Source: Chitinophagales bacterium (GTDB lineage: Bacteria > Bacteroidota > Bacteroidia > Chitinophagales > Chitinophagaceae). From it: DNA of 64,000 nt. Numbering within the stretch: position 1 is the first letter of the stretch; each line of letters opens with the position of its first letter. The DNA lies in the NCBI GenBank assembly GCA_964203405.1, contig CAXNLL010000001.1:317814-381813 (forward strand), in the 5' to 3' direction. Below are positions 1 to 12,598 of the stretch, one piece after another. The notes beneath the pieces are model-generated. The model made no database searches, was not told the origin of the DNA, and was given only the letters and a program-made list of their open reading frames with translations. The translations under genes and the position numbers were made by a program.

Positions 1-954
<954 letters not shown>

Positions 955-996
955 TGCTAAACTATTTTTGAGGCTGCAAAGTTAATCCTTTTTAAT

Positions 997-2021
<1,025 letters not shown>

Positions 2022-2054
2022 CCTACAAAGATAAAGCTTAAAAAAATACGAATA

Positions 2055-3302
2055 TTACTTAGTTCTAATGGCTTCTACTGGATTCATTTTAGCAGCAATG
2101 GAGGCAGGAATAATTCCTGAAACCACCCCTAAAATAATACAGATACTGAAGGCTAAAAAAATAATACTAGGCGCAATAGTAATCGCAAATGGAAGAAATG
2201 AACTTAGTGCTAAAGTGAGTAACCAAACTAATAATAATCCTACCAAGCCGCCTATAATACATAAAAAAGCACTCTCTAATAAAAACTCATATAAAATAGA
2301 AGAACTCTTGGCACCAATTGCTTTTTTTAATCCAATCTGACTTGTTCTTTCTCTTACTGTAACAAACATAATATTGGCTACACCAAAGGCGCCCACAATT
2401 AAAGAAAGTCCTGCAATGGCCCATCCTCCTTGGTTCACAGCCCCAAATACACTTTCCACTTGGTCTTTAAATTGCGCTACATCATTACAAGTAAAATTAT
2501 CTTCCTGTGTTGGACTTAGTTTTCTAATTTGACGCATAATACCTGTTAATTCTTCTTGCAAAGCCTTAGAAGTAATGCCTGCTTTAGGTTGTACCATAAT
2601 AACAGGGCCTAAATTATCGGGATTATACACTGAAGCCATATAGTTATGTGTAACAATAGTACTCTTATCATAGTCATAGCCATTAATAATGGCAGAACCT
2701 TGTTTTTCAATAACGCCAATTACTAAAAGTTTACGGCCATTATAGGTAATAGTTTTACCTACTCCTTTATCTGCCTTACCATATAATTCCTCAGCTACTT
2801 TATATCCTATAACTACATAAGGTACGCCTCGTGTAAAATCCGACTCACTTAAAAACCTACCATATCCAATATCAAAAGATTGTATTTTTTTATACTCCGG
2901 AGTAATACCGTACATATTAACCCCCTTTAAAACATTATCCTCATAAGAAAAAGACTCTTGGGTTTGCATCACAAAAGCCATATTGGAAGCCAGCGTACTC
3001 TTCTTTTTAACGAAGTCCATTTCCTCTATTTTCATACTTGGACGCTTAACGAATTTCCACCATGGGTATTCTGGGCCTCCAGAATAATCCCATTTATCGA
3101 TATAAACCGAATTGTTTCCAAAGCTTGATAAATCGCTTTTGATTTTTGATTGTAAACTGTCAATGGTGGCCAAAACACCTATAATACAAAAGATACCAAT
3201 GGTGATGCCAAATAAGGAAAGAAAGGTTCTTAGTTTATTCGCTTTTAGCTCTCCAATGGCCATTTTAAAGCTATTCCAAAGTATAGTAAGCACTTTTATC
3301 AT
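2055..3302 (-). CDS. MacB/FtsX-type ABC transporter permease
   Basis: NKLRTFLSLFGITIGI N-terminus; VANIMFVTVRERTSQIGLKKAIGA and AAKMNPVEAIR C-terminus. Confidence 0.9.
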   Translation of the reverse strand: MIKVLTILWNSFKMAIGELKANKLRTFLSLFGITIGIFCIIGVLATIDSLQSKIKSDLSSFGNNSVYIDKWDYSGGPEYPWWKFVKRPSMKIEEMDFVKKKSTLASNMAFVMQTQESFSYEDNVLKGVNMYGITPEYKKIQSFDIGYGRFLSESDFTRGVPYVVIGYKVAEELYGKADKGVGKTITYNGRKLLVIGVIEKQGSAIINGYDYDKSTIVTHNYMASVYNPDNLGPVIMVQPKAGITSKALQEELTGIMRQIRKLSPTQEDNFTCNDVAQFKDQVESVFGAVNQGGWAIAGLSLIVGAFGVANIMFVTVRERTSQIGLKKAIGAKSSSILYEFLLESAFLCIIGGLVGLLLVWLLTLALSSFLPFAITIAPSIIFLAFSICIILGVVSGIIPASIAAKMNPVEAIRTK

Positions 3303-3456
3303 GGTGTAAAATTAAGTCAATATATGATTCCAGCTTGAATTTTATACAAGTGGTGAAAAAATCATCTAAAGGGGGCTTTTTAAAGGACTTGTTTATTTAT
3401 TTATAAAATGTCAGAAAAATCATGCTACGATTTATTCTAAGCTCGCAATTCGTTCT

Positions 3457-3464
3457 TACTTTTG
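3457..3464 (+). promoter_or_regulatory. Bacteroidota sigma70 -7 element upstream of the sdh operon
   Basis: TACTTTTG matches TAnnTTTG, 25 nt before the ATG at 3489. Confidence 0.6.
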
Positions 3465-3488
3465 CAGCGATTTAAAATACATCTTATT

Positions 3489-4172
3489 ATGACCTTTAAG
3501 CAAATGTTTACATCCTCCGTGGGGAAAAAATTAGTAATGGCTTTCACGGGTATTTTCTTAGTCTTATTCTTAGTAGTGCATGCAGGATTAAATGCTTGTA
3601 TTTGGGCAATGGATGGTGGCGTCACCTTCAATAAAGCAGCTCATTTTATGGGAAGCTTTATAGTGCCAAGAATTTTAGAAATAGGATTATTCTTAGGTAT
3701 TTTTCTACATATCATTCAAGGCTATATGCTCACTTTAGAAAATAGAAGCAAAAGAAAAATTGGCTATGAAGTAAATTATGCAAAAGGTAGTAAATGGTAT
3801 AGCAGAAGTATGGCCATTTTAGGAACTATACTTCTTATGTTTTTTGTTATACATTGGAAACATTTTTGGGTTCCATCTCGTATCACTGGAGTGGAAGAAA
3901 TGGATTTAGGCAATGGCTTTATAGTACATAATTTATATGCAGTCATGCAGGATACTTTTGAAAATGTTTGGGTGGTTTTATTTTATGTGATTGCTTGTAT
4001 TTCTTTGGGCTACCACTTAGCACATGGATTTCAAAGTGCCTTCAAAACTATTGGAGTGCATAATAAAAGATACCATGCAATGATTAACACTATTGGTTTT
4101 GGCTTTGCCATTATTATTCCATTAGCATTTGCTTTAATGCCTATTAGTTTTTATTTACACTGGGTAAATTAA
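3489..4172 (+). CDS. sdhC: succinate dehydrogenase/fumarate reductase cytochrome b subunit
   Basis: SSVGKKLVMAFTG start, multiple TM helices with His ligands (HLAHGFQSAF); first gene of the sdh operon. Confidence 0.92.
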   Translation: MTFKQMFTSSVGKKLVMAFTGIFLVLFLVVHAGLNACIWAMDGGVTFNKAAHFMGSFIVPRILEIGLFLGIFLHIIQGYMLTLENRSKRKIGYEVNYAKGSKWYSRSMAILGTILLMFFVIHWKHFWVPSRITGVEEMDLGNGFIVHNLYAVMQDTFENVWVVLFYVIACISLGYHLAHGFQSAFKTIGVHNKRYHAMINTIGFGFAIIIPLAFALMPISFYLHWVN

Positions 4173-4217
4173 AAATTCAAAATAAATATATTCTAAACGA
4201 TAGATAAAAGATTAAAT

Positions 4218-6192
4218 ATGTTAGACGCTAAAATACCTTCCGGAAATCTAGATGACAAATGGGTCGATTACAAAGGTCATTGTAAACTAGTGAACCCTGC
4301 CAACAAAAGAAAAATGGAAGTCATTATTGTGGGCACTGGACTTGCAGGCGCATCGGCTGCAGCCTCTATGGCTGAGTTGGGTTATAAAGTAAAAGCATTT
4401 TGTTTTCAGGATTCTCCACGCCGAGCACATAGTATTGCTGCACAAGGTGGAATTAATGCTGCTAAGAATTATCAGAACGATGGAGATAGTATATTCAGAT
4501 TATTTTATGATACTATTAAAGGCGGTGACTACCGCTCTCGCGAAGCCAATGTGCACCGTTTAGCAGAAGTGAGTACGAATATCATTGACCAATGTGTGGC
4601 ACAAGGGGTTCCCTTTGCCCGTGAATATGGTGGCTTATTAAGTAACCGTAGTTTTGGTGGAACACAGGTACAAAGAACTTTTTATGCTGCAGGTCAAACT
4701 GGTCAGCAGTTATTAATAGGTGCTTATCAAGCCTTAGAGCGTCAAGTAGCATTAGGCAATGTAACCATGCACACAAGACATGAGATGTTAGACATTGTAA
4801 AAATTGATGGAAAAGCAAAAGGTATAATTGCCCGTAATTTAATTACAGGTGAATTAGAAAAACATTTTGGACATGCAGTATTAATATGTTCTGGCGGATA
4901 TGGTAATGTATATTATTTATCAACCAATGCCATGGGATCAAATGTAACTGCTGCATGGAAAGCGCATAAGCAAGGTGCTTATTTTGCAAACCCTTGCTTT
5001 ACACAAATTCACCCTACTTGTATTCCAGTAAGTGGCGATCATCAATCCAAATTAACCTTAATGTCTGAGTCATTAAGAAATGATGGACGAATTTGGGTAC
5101 CTAAAAATTTAGGAGAGACAAGAAAAGCCAATGATATACCTGAAGCAGATAGAGATTATTTCTTAGAGCGTCGCTACCCTGCTTTTGGAAACTTAGTACC
5201 TCGTGATGTGGCCTCTCGTGCTGCCAAAGAAAGATGTGATGCGAATTATGGTGTAGGTACTTCCAAGCAAGCCGTGTATTTAGATTATGCAGCCGCTATT
5301 GAAAGATATGGTAAGATTGAAGTAAGCAAGCAAGGGCTTATCTAATGTATCTAGTGAGCAAATTATTGCCATGGGTAAGGAAGTCGTAAAAGAAAAATAT
5401 GGCAACCTGTTTAATATGTATTCAAAAATCACTGGAGAAAATCCTTACGAAGTGCCAATGCGTATTTATCCAGCCGTGCATTATACCATGGGTGGCTTAT
5501 GGGTTGATTATGAATTACAAACTACCGTTCCTGGTTTATATGCCTTAGGAGAAGCTAATTTTAGCGACCATGGTGCCAACCGTTTAGGTGCTAGTGCCTT
5601 AATGCAAGGTTTAGCAGATGGCTATTTTGTAGCGCCTTATACAGTGGGAAATAATTTAGCAGATGAGATTTACAATGCTGCTATTCCAACTACACATCCA
5701 GCCTTTGAAGAAGCTGCTAAAAAAGTAGCAGAGCGTATAGCTTCTTTGAAAAATATCAATGGTAAACAATCGGCAGAAAGTTTCCACAAGCGTTTAGGTA
5801 AAATTATTTGGAATGAGTGTGGTATGTCAAGAAATGAAGCAGGTTTAAAGCAAGCCATTGCAGATTTGCAAGCATTGAAAAAAGAATTCTGGTCTGATCT
5901 AAGAATACCTGGAGAAATTAATGAATACAATCCTGAATTAGATAAAGCCAACCGTGTGGCCGACTTTATTGAACTAGGTGAATTAATGTGTGTTGACGCT
6001 TTAACAAGAGAAGAAAGCTGTGGTGGTCACTTTAGAGAAGAATACCAAACACCAGAAGGAGAAGCCTTAAGAGATGATGAAAACTTTATGTTTGTTTCTG
6101 CATGGGAAAATAAAGGAGAGCATGAGTGGCAATTACATAAAGAAGCGTTGAAATACGAAGTGATTAAACCAAGTCAACGTAACTATAAATAA
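4218..6192 (+). CDS. sdhA: succinate dehydrogenase/fumarate reductase flavoprotein subunit (one frameshift near 5340)
   Basis: GTGLAG FAD motif, [41 protein letters not shown]. Confidence 0.95.
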
Positions 6193-6237
6193 GCAAAACA
6201 CACTAACACAAAATATTTACAGAATAATTTTTTAGCT

Positions 6238-6999
6238 ATGTCTCAAAATACAATGAATTTAAAAGTTAAAGTTTGGCGTCAAAAAAATGCCAAGGCGCAA
6301 GGTGCCTTTGTTACTTATGATGTTGCAGGTATATCTGATGAAATGTCTTTTTTAGAAATGATGGATATTTTAAATGAAAGATTAATTACCGAAGGAGGCG
6401 ACCCCGTTGCCTTTGATCATGATTGTCGTGAAGGTATTTGCGGTATGTGTTCTATGTATATTAACGGAAAGCCACACGGTCCTTGGCAGGCGAACACTAC
6501 TTGTCAATTGCATATGCGTGCCTTTAAAGATGGCGAAACCATTGTGATTGAACCATGGAGAGCCAACTCTTTTCCTATTGTAAAAGATCTAACAGTAGAC
6601 CGTTCTGCTTTTGATAGAATTATTCAAGCAGGTGGTTATATTAGTGTGAATACGGGTAATGCCGTGGATGGTAATAGCCTTCCTATTGAAAAACAAAACG
6701 CAGACGACGCATTTGCAGCAGCCATGTGTATTGGTTGTGGTGCTTGTGTGGCAGCATGTAAGAATAGTTCAGCAATGTTATTTTTAAGTGCGAAAGTTTC
6801 TCACTTAGCATTACTTCCTCAAGGTGCTCCAGAAAGAAAGTCAAGAGTACTTAATATGGTGGCGCAAATGGATAAAGAAGGATTTGGTTCTTGTACCAAT
6901 ACAGGTGCTTGCGAAGCCACTTGTCCTAAAGAGATATCTATAGCAAACATTGCTAGATTAAATAAAGAATATTTAGGAGCTAGCTTAAGTGCAGAATAG
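6238..6999 (+). CDS. sdhB: succinate dehydrogenase/fumarate reductase iron-sulfur subunit
   Basis: [20 protein letters not shown] and [12 protein letters not shown] Fe-S motifs. Confidence 0.95.
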   Translation: MSQNTMNLKVKVWRQKNAKAQGAFVTYDVAGISDEMSFLEMMDILNERLITEGGDPVAFDHDCREGICGMCSMYINGKPHGPWQANTTCQLHMRAFKDGETIVIEPWRANSFPIVKDLTVDRSAFDRIIQAGGYISVNTGNAVDGNSLPIEKQNADDAFAAAMCIGCGACVAACKNSSAMLFLSAKVSHLALLPQGAPERKSRVLNMVAQMDKEGFGSCTNTGACEATCPKEISIANIARLNKEYLGASLSAE

Positions 7000-7784
7000 T
7001 GGCTAACCCCTTTTTTCAGTGTAAAGAATTTATCGTGCATCAGCAGCATACTTCAATGAAAGTATGTACTGATGCATGTTTATTTGGTGCCTGGGTGGCC
7101 AAACAGCCCTCTATTGAAACGGCCCATTCAATAGTAGACATTGGCACAGGTACGGGCTTATTAAGTCTTATACTAGCGCAGGTCACGGATAAGAACAATA
7201 CAAAAATTACCGCTGTTGAAATTGAATCTCAGGCTGCTACAGAAGCTTCTTCCAATTTTAGTTTAAGTAAATGGAGCGACCGCTTAAACTTGGTAAATGA
7301 TTCAATACAAAACTTTACAGCCAATATTGGTAAAGGTGAATTTTTAAGTAAAGGCTTAAATAATAACTTTTTATTTGATATCGTTATTTCCAACCCTCCT
7401 TTTTACGAGGGCGATTTAAAGTCTCCGGACGCCAATAAAAATAAAGCTGCCCATAGCACTGAACTGCCTTGGAGTATTTTGGTAGAAAATGTTTCAAGTT
7501 TATTATCAGATGCAGGCTCCTTTTTTGTTTTAGTACCTACCCTTCGCGCGTATACTATGCAAAAATTAGCTGAAGTACAACAACTACAATTAGTGGAAGA
7601 AGTATTAGTATATAACGATGCCAAGCATTTACCTTTTAGATCCTTCTTGTATTTTAGAAAAGCAAAATTACCAATAGATAAAGAAATTTCAGTGCTAAGA
7701 AATAAAATAGTGATTAAAAATACAGATAATACTTATTCAGCAGAATTTACAGAATTATTAAAGGATTATTATTTGCATTTATAA
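6999..7784 (+). CDS. tRNA1(Val) (adenine(37)-N6)-methyltransferase family protein
   Basis: MKVCTDACLFGAW, DIGTGTG SAM motif, SNPPFY; GTG start overlaps the sdhB stop. Confidence 0.85.
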   Translation: MANPFFQCKEFIVHQQHTSMKVCTDACLFGAWVAKQPSIETAHSIVDIGTGTGLLSLILAQVTDKNNTKITAVEIESQAATEASSNFSLSKWSDRLNLVNDSIQNFTANIGKGEFLSKGLNNNFLFDIVISNPPFYEGDLKSPDANKNKAAHSTELPWSILVENVSSLLSDAGSFFVLVPTLRAYTMQKLAEVQQLQLVEEVLVYNDAKHLPFRSFLYFRKAKLPIDKEISVLRNKIVIKNTDNTYSAEFTELLKDYYLHL

Positions 7785-7827
7785 TAACTTAACTCTATAT
7801 AGTTTAAAAAAGGCAACTATTTAAAAA

Positions 7828-9027
7828 CTAATGTTTTGAATAATCTTCTAAGTAAGAAAACTTTGTTGTCAATTTTCCCTTATCAAGCATGGTGGCGCCT
7901 TCAATAATTTTATTACCACCCTTCATTAAATCGGGAATTACATATTTAAGTAGTTGTTCTCCAAAGTACCTACTAGCATCACGAGGAAGTTCATTAGGCA
8001 AATTACCTACTGCCATTATATCTATGCCATTTTGCATATAAGGGGCTGTCTTTTCAAGAGTTGTAACATTGACTCCGTATATAGGATCTTCTGAGCTTGA
8101 ATCACCTAAGTTACAAGGTACGCTTCCATGGGCATCATCGGTAATATCGGCAATAGTGGTTAAAGCGTAGTCGTCTTCTTTTAAATCGTCCATGGTAAAT
8201 AAAGGTGCAATACCTGGCTCCCAATAAATACCATTCATAAGTATATGCGTATGCTTCAAATAATTATTAAATAAACAATGATAGTTTTCAGGATGTGCAT
8301 GAAAATCATTTCTATCGTATGAATTGGTGTCCTTATGTCTATACAAATCGCCTCCTTTTAAATGCACATAAACAGGATAAGCGTATGCTCTGCTAGTATA
8401 TTCATCTGGTTCTACTTGTTGTACATCCATTAAGTTCATAATTTCTAAAATACCATGGGCCACTCTTCCAGAACCTGTAATGGCAATTTTAATATTGGGT
8501 AGCTTTAAACCAAAATAGGTATGAACCAATTCCATATAATCTTTCACTTCCTTCACCCTACTTAAAGTAAATTCCTTGGTTCTATTACCATAGGCCATAA
8601 TTCCATTGTGCGCACCCACAATACCTGCAAAAAATCCAAAACCAATCAATCTTTGTCCGTCTTCATGTTCTAAACACTCATAGTCAATGAGCGTTATGTT
8701 TTTATCCATCATAACATGAAACAATTCTTTATTATAAGTTTGCGCTTTTTTGGTATGAGAGAAGAATAAATATTTTTTATTCGCTATTAGTTGGTCTTTA
8801 GGTACTTCTTTAATGCCTAATAAAATATCTGCAGTACTTATGTCCTCGACTACTTTAATACCTTCTTTTTGGTATTCTCTGTCTTTAAAACATCTATTAG
8901 GGGAAGATTCAACAATAATATCCCAGCTAGGGAATTGATCTAACAAATACCTACACTGCTTGGGGCTAAGGGCTACCCGATTGTCGCTAGGAACTTTTCC
9001 TTCTTTAATAAGGCCAATAACCGGCAT
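7828..9027 (-). CDS. alanine dehydrogenase/saccharopine dehydrogenase-like NAD(P)-dependent oxidoreductase
   Basis: GLIKEGK..DNRVALSP, LGIKEVP, FFSHTKK, IDYECL, NLPNELPRDAS motifs. Confidence 0.85.
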   Translation of the reverse strand: MPVIGLIKEGKVPSDNRVALSPKQCRYLLDQFPSWDIIVESSPNRCFKDREYQKEGIKVVEDISTADILLGIKEVPKDQLIANKKYLFFSHTKKAQTYNKELFHVMMDKNITLIDYECLEHEDGQRLIGFGFFAGIVGAHNGIMAYGNRTKEFTLSRVKEVKDYMELVHTYFGLKLPNIKIAITGSGRVAHGILEIMNLMDVQQVEPDEYTSRAYAYPVYVHLKGGDLYRHKDTNSYDRNDFHAHPENYHCLFNNYLKHTHILMNGIYWEPGIAPLFTMDDLKEDDYALTTIADITDDAHGSVPCNLGDSSSEDPIYGVNVTTLEKTAPYMQNGIDIMAVGNLPNELPRDASRYFGEQLLKYVIPDLMKGGNKIIEGATMLDKGKLTTKFSYLEDYSKH

Positions 9028-9061
9028 TTTGGTAATTTTACACAATATACAAAATATTAAA

Positions 9062-9562
9062 ATGAACTATTTCGATTTGTTCGGCCTTCCTATTGGTTTT
9101 CAAGTAGATACAAAGCAACTGCGTACTGCTTTTATGGAAATTCAGCGCGCATCACACCCCGATAAGTTTACCCAGGCCAACGAGTTTGAACAAGAAGAAG
9201 CCTTAGAAAAATCGGCCATTGCTAATAAAGCATTTACTTTATTACAAAATCCAGCAGCAATTCTTCCCTATGTACTTGAAATAAAAGGCTTTTTAGAAGC
9301 AGAGGAGAAATATGCATTAAGTCCTGATTTTTTAATGGAAATGATGGAACTCAATGAAGCTTGGATGGACGCCGATGATGAAGCAGCAAAACAAGATGTA
9401 CTTTCTAAAGTAAAAAATATAGAAAATGAAATTTTCAGCCCTATTAAAACGTATTTGGAAACTAGTTCGGTCGATACTATTTCCCAAGAAGGAATGCTGC
9501 AAATAAAGGAGTATTACTACAAGAAAAAATACCTAGATCGTATTTTGGAGGATTTTCGTTAA
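9062..9562 (+). CDS. hscB: Fe-S assembly co-chaperone HscB
   Basis: MNYFDLFGLP, HPDKF J-domain motif, FLMEMMELNE. Confidence 0.88.
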   Translation: MNYFDLFGLPIGFQVDTKQLRTAFMEIQRASHPDKFTQANEFEQEEALEKSAIANKAFTLLQNPAAILPYVLEIKGFLEAEEKYALSPDFLMEMMELNEAWMDADDEAAKQDVLSKVKNIENEIFSPIKTYLETSSVDTISQEGMLQIKEYYYKKKYLDRILEDFR

Positions 9563-9582
9563 TAGCGTAATATTGCAGCCCT

Positions 9583-9666
9583 GCCCAGATGGCGGAATTG
9601 GTAGACGCACTAGACTCAAAATCTAGCGTTCGCAAGGATGTGCAGGTTCGATTCCTGTTCTGGGCA
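9583..9666 (+). tRNA. tRNA-Leu(CAA)
   Basis: acceptor GCCCAGA/TCTGGGC, D arm GGCGGAATTGGTAGACGC, anticodon arm CTAGA-CTCAAAA-TCTAG, long variable arm, GGTTCGATTCC T loop; CCA not encoded. Confidence 0.96.
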
Positions 9667-9667
9667 C
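9655..9667 (+). repeat. att core copy 1 (tRNA 3' end), CTGTTCTGGGCAC
   Basis: identical 13-mer at 12713-12725. Confidence 0.85.
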
Positions 9668-9677
9668 TGATTAATTT

Positions 9678-9719
9678 ATAACCCTTTGCAAATCAAGTAT
9701 TTACAAAGGGTTATTTTTT
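9678..9719 (+). terminator. intrinsic terminator-like hairpin after tRNA-Leu, containing an IHF-consensus box
   Basis: ATAACCCTTTGCAAAT/ATTTACAAAGGGTTAT inverted repeat followed by a T run; AATCAAGTATTTA at 9691-9703. Confidence 0.65.
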
Positions 9720-9721
9720 CT

Positions 9722-9744
9722 GAGTAACGTAAGAGTAACGGTTT
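9722..9744 (+). repeat. putative integrase arm-type site pair (left)
   Basis: GAGTAACG at 9722 and 9733 (11-bp period), second copy followed by GTTT. Confidence 0.65.
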
Positions 9745-9768
9745 TTGAAAAACCAAAATTCTTTATTA

Positions 9769-12501
9769 TTACTTAGTAGTACCAAGCCAGTGCTCCCAGC
9801 TTATCCAGCCTTTATTTTTATAACTAACTTCTGGCCGTGAAGGTATGTTTTCTGGTACTTTATTAATTTTAGATAATTCTTTCATTGTTTTTTTCCAAGC
9901 ATAAGGTGATCTTAACCTTAAACTTAATGCATATTTTCTTGCTTCTTTAAAAGGGATCCATTCATTACGTAACCAATCAGCCCAACTTATCCATCCTTTT
10001 TGTGCATAAGTACTATTGGGACTGGCAGGGATGTCTTGTGGCCTATTATTTTTCCCCCAATATGAATACCAGTCAGCTTTTGTTTTTAAATTTAATGAAT
10101 GAGTAAACCTTCTTGCATCATAAAACTCTTTAAACTGATGATAATTTGTTCCTAAAAAATCAGACCAGTTTGTCCATCCTTTATTTTTATATATTTTATT
10201 TGGGTTAGCAGGAATATTGCTAGGTCTTAAATCAGATTTAGCATAATGAACCCAGCTAACACTAGTTAAATTCAACTTCCTCACATATATAGAAGCTTCA
10301 TTATATGGAACCCATTCTGCCCATTTTGAACCAACCCAATCTTGGAAGCTTATCCAGCCAGAATTTTTGTAAGTAACTCTTGGATGACTAGGTATATCAA
10401 ATGGTTTTTCCCCTGAAGAACAATACTTGTTCCATTCTTTACTATTTTTTATATTCAGTGGTCTAATTAGGCTTTTACCTTCCTCAAAATTACGTGGATT
10501 AACTCTTGCAACACGTTCCCAAATTTTAGTACTAATTTTTAATGAGAATGAAGATAAGTCTAGCTTGATGGATTTATTTAATGTACCAATTACTTGTATT
10601 TTACCAGAGCCTACTTTTTGTTTACCGGCATAAATTAATTTTAGCTCTTCAGCAATTGTTTCATCCTGTGTTGACAAGCTTGTTACAATCCTAGTTAACG
10701 TTTTAAATCTACTTGATTCTGTTAAATCATTTAGGCTTTCACCCTCATTTAGTACAACTGGTATAATAATATATCCAACCTTTTTTTTGACCCCTGTATT
10801 TTTGTCTGTATATTGACGTAATGCCCTTCCAGATGCTTGTACTATGTCAACTACACTTTGTTTTTGGTCTGCAAAAAGTACACAGTCAATTGCTGGTACG
10901 TCAACTCCTTCTGTTAAGCATCTTGCATTTGTAATAATTGCGTTATTAGTATTTCTAAAGTCTTTTAATAAATCGGCCCTAGCCCCAGCATTTAGCTTAC
11001 TGGATATATGGAATACAGTTGGACTATTTGCAGCACTATCAATTTTTTGATACAAGGATTGAAACTCTTTAGATGCATTGATACTTTTGTGGAAGCTAAC
11101 TGTATGTTTAAGGTTGTACTCTTTTATGGCTTTTTTTAATGCAATGGCTGTAGTTAGCATTTGTGCCTCAGCTTCATCAACTTTTTTACTTTGGTCAGTT
11201 AAATACTTCTTCTTTTTAATTAAATCCTGTATTTCGGTATCATTTACTAACACAGTCACAATTTTATAATCAGTAATAATGCCATCCTCAATTGCTTTTT
11301 TGAAGGATAGTTTGTAGAATGCATTACCATAAACCTTATTGTCATCCATACTTAGAATCTCATCCTCTGCACCCTTTACTATTCTCTCGGTAGCAGTCAT
11401 AAACAGACGCTTACTAATATTAATTTTATCCTCTTGTAGTAATATTGAAAATGCTTTATCCTTTGCTCCAACAGTTTTGTGAGCCTCATCAAGTATAGCT
11501 AAGTCAAATTTAAATTTAAGCCTTTTGCTAACTTGTGCCAACTTATCAGCACTTTGGTAAGTAGTAAATATTATTTTACCGCCAGGGGTTTTTCTTTTTA
11601 AGAAGCTAGTTATTTCATCCTCATTTGTAGTAGTTGGTATTCCTAATGAATAAGTATCGGTAACAAAATCATCTGTAAGTTGTCCTGTACTTTCATCACT
11701 ACATATACAACACCACTCTGGTAATACAGTAGTTTTTGATAACAGCATTTCCTTAGTCCAATCTTCTAAGGATTGTTTAATAAGTGCCAAGCTTGGTACA
11801 GCAATAATGGTTGCTTTAGAAGCAAGTGTTTGTGTGATCCAGTATGCAGTCAAACTTTTACCTGTACCACAAGGCATGATTAACTTACCTCTTGTGTTTT
11901 TATCTTTCAAAAAGTATTGCTTAGAAGCTGCAATTGCTTCTTGTTGGTGTGGTCTAGGGTTTCTTTTTACACTAGTTACCTTTTTCCCTTTTACTAAAAG
12001 CTGTATTGCCAACCAATCATCTTCTGTAAGTTGACTCCAGAAGTCTAATCCTATTTGAGTAAAGCTGTCTGGCAGTAATGCAGTTTTTTTAATGCCATTA
12101 GTACCAGTATGTACTAGTATTTGCTCAGTAATATTTTTACAATGATTCCTGGATAGGTCTAAAAAAGTTGCTATGTCTTTCCTGGTTGGGGATTCATTAG
12201 CTCCTTTAAATTTACACTGTATTGAACAGTAGTTGCCGTTATAAGATTCAGCTATAAGGTCTATTCCTTCATCAACATTTGGTAGGTTTAATTTGGCTCT
12301 TAGTTTTGAGTCAACACCGTCCCTAAGCAGCCATACGTTTTTGTACCTGGTCTTATAAGCAGGTTTAGATAGTAGCACTAATTCAGTTAGCCTTTCAAAT
12401 AGCTCTCCTTTTTCATGCTTTGTTAAAGCATTTGCATGACTAAAGAATGTACTCCAGTCACTAGTAATGGATAATATTTTGTAAAGAGGCTTCAGAATCA
12501 A
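9769..12501 (-). CDS. Mrr-like restriction endonuclease + SF2 DEAH helicase (ResIII/HelicaseC) + four Trp-rich C-terminal repeats
   Basis: GELFE..DEGIDLIA..SIQCK nuclease motif; MPCGTGKS, LDEAH, MTAT, LTEGVDVPAID, IVQASGRALR helicase motifs; four ~60-aa repeats ending P.DIP..P...YK..GW..W.DWL; no MTase motifs. Confidence 0.85.
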   Translation of the reverse strand: MILKPLYKILSITSDWSTFFSHANALTKHEKGELFERLTELVLLSKPAYKTRYKNVWLLRDGVDSKLRAKLNLPNVDEGIDLIAESYNGNYCSIQCKFKGANESPTRKDIATFLDLSRNHCKNITEQILVHTGTNGIKKTALLPDSFTQIGLDFWSQLTEDDWLAIQLLVKGKKVTSVKRNPRPHQQEAIAASKQYFLKDKNTRGKLIMPCGTGKSLTAYWITQTLASKATIIAVPSLALIKQSLEDWTKEMLLSKTTVLPEWCCICSDESTGQLTDDFVTDTYSLGIPTTTNEDEITSFLKRKTPGGKIIFTTYQSADKLAQVSKRLKFKFDLAILDEAHKTVGAKDKAFSILLQEDKINISKRLFMTATERIVKGAEDEILSMDDNKVYGNAFYKLSFKKAIEDGIITDYKIVTVLVNDTEIQDLIKKKKYLTDQSKKVDEAEAQMLTTAIALKKAIKEYNLKHTVSFHKSINASKEFQSLYQKIDSAANSPTVFHISSKLNAGARADLLKDFRNTNNAIITNARCLTEGVDVPAIDCVLFADQKQSVVDIVQASGRALRQYTDKNTGVKKKVGYIIIPVVLNEGESLNDLTESSRFKTLTRIVTSLSTQDETIAEELKLIYAGKQKVGSGKIQVIGTLNKSIKLDLSSFSLKISTKIWERVARVNPRNFEEGKSLIRPLNIKNSKEWNKYCSSGEKPFDIPSHPRVTYKNSGWISFQDWVGSKWAEWVPYNEASIYVRKLNLTSVSWVHYAKSDLRPSNIPANPNKIYKNKGWTNWSDFLGTNYHQFKEFYDARRFTHSLNLKTKADWYSYWGKNNRPQDIPASPNSTYAQKGWISWADWLRNEWIPFKEARKYALSLRLRSPYAWKKTMKELSKINKVPENIPSRPEVSYKNKGWISWEHWLGTTK

Positions 12502-12510
12502 AAGTTATTA

Positions 12511-12518
12511 CAAATTTA
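12511..12518 (-). promoter_or_regulatory. Bacteroidota -7 element for the nuclease-helicase gene
   Basis: TAAATTTG on the minus strand about 10 nt upstream of the TTG start. Confidence 0.5.
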
Positions 12519-12575
12519 TACAATATTAATATGAATTAAATATTTCATTTAAGGTGTATAAATATTAAAATTTCC

Positions 12576-12598
12576 AAGTAACGATTGAGTAACGGTTT
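12576..12598 (+). repeat. putative integrase arm-type site pair (right)
   Basis: AAGTAACG at 12576 and GAGTAACGGTTT at 12587; same 11-bp period and orientation as the left pair. Confidence 0.65.

Noticed and set aside
4218-6192. Programmed frameshifting or true pseudogenes in sdhA and other split genes
   Set aside because: Breaks hit many unrelated core genes without a shared slippery motif; sequencing error is more parsimonious.
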